NCBI GenBank assembly: GCA_038087875.1 | Contig: CM075988.1 | Coordinates: 8,682,001 to 8,746,000 of the forward strand | DNA: 64,000 nt | From: Malacoraja senta | Taxonomy: Eukaryota | Direction: 5' to 3' | In this document: positions 63,611-64,000 of the stretch, piece by piece | Layout: each line of letters starts with the position of its first letter | Position numbering within the stretch: position 1 is the stretch's first letter | Program-made: the position numbers and the translations under genes | The notes under the pieces: model-generated | The model's input: the letters and a program-made list of their open reading frames with translations, nothing else | Database searches by the model: none | Told to the model about the DNA's origin: nothing

Positions 63611-63866
63611 AGGGCCTGTCCCACGGGCGGGCGATTTCATGCGGCAAGCGCGACCTAACAGGAAGCGGGGGCCGCCCGAGCGCGCGTTGGTTGCGGGGTC
63701 GGTCCCACGTAGATCGCCAGAGCCGTATGGAGTTAGTCCCGACACCGCGCGGGGCTCTGAAAAAGTGACACTGTCCAAAAATCTCGTGTGGCAACGGCCT
63801 GCTGACCCGCTGCCACATCAAGGCTGCGCGCACCGCCTCGACGCCGCGTGCACCGTCTCCGTGAAC
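63611..63866. mobile_element. Truncated Harbinger MITE related to 26570-26929
   Basis: Starts AGGGCCTGTCCCACG after TAA. Internal blocks (gcaagcgcgacctaac, tgacactgtccaaaa, ggcaacggcctgc) are shared with the 26570 copy. Confidence 0.75.
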
Positions 63867-64000
63867 TCTGGAAGTGTTGTGATGGAAGGAACTGCAGATG
63901 CCCATTTACACCGAAGAAGTGAGAAGCAGATATATGTTATTGTGAAAACATCATCAAATATTCATGGGTTAAAGATAAGTAGTTAATGTATTTAATTAAA

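Overview
Eukaryotic, repeat-rich genomic DNA from a vertebrate. The repeat families (HE1-like V-SINEs, CR1, Rex1/Babar, Penelope) point to a cartilaginous fish, probably a skate or ray. One protein-coding gene is visible: a 4-exon, + strand MSANTD2-like gene (CDS 20234-20605, 30416-30764, 47566-47626, 49716-50583; 1650 nt, 549 aa; all introns GT-AG with matching phases). It sits behind a CpG-rich promoter carrying five copies of a fixed-spacing YY1-like composite motif. The rest is mobile DNA: more than 20 short Penelope-derived terminal-repeat inserts with a minimal hammerhead-ribozyme core and 10-16 bp target-site duplications (TSDs), a Penelope GIY-YIG fragment, a young Rex1/Babar LINE, CR1/L2 fragments, V-SINEs, PIF/Harbinger MITEs, a non-autonomous Helitron, a solo LTR, minisatellites and a 212-bp GC-rich palindrome. 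Top leads: (1) the MSANTD2 C-terminus looks like two tandem GIY-YIG-like nuclease folds; (2) hammerhead-bearing Penelope mini-elements; (3) Harbinger MITEs repeatedly inserted at the same site inside those mini-elements; (4) the promoter motif cluster. No searches were run, so homology calls rest on motif recognition.
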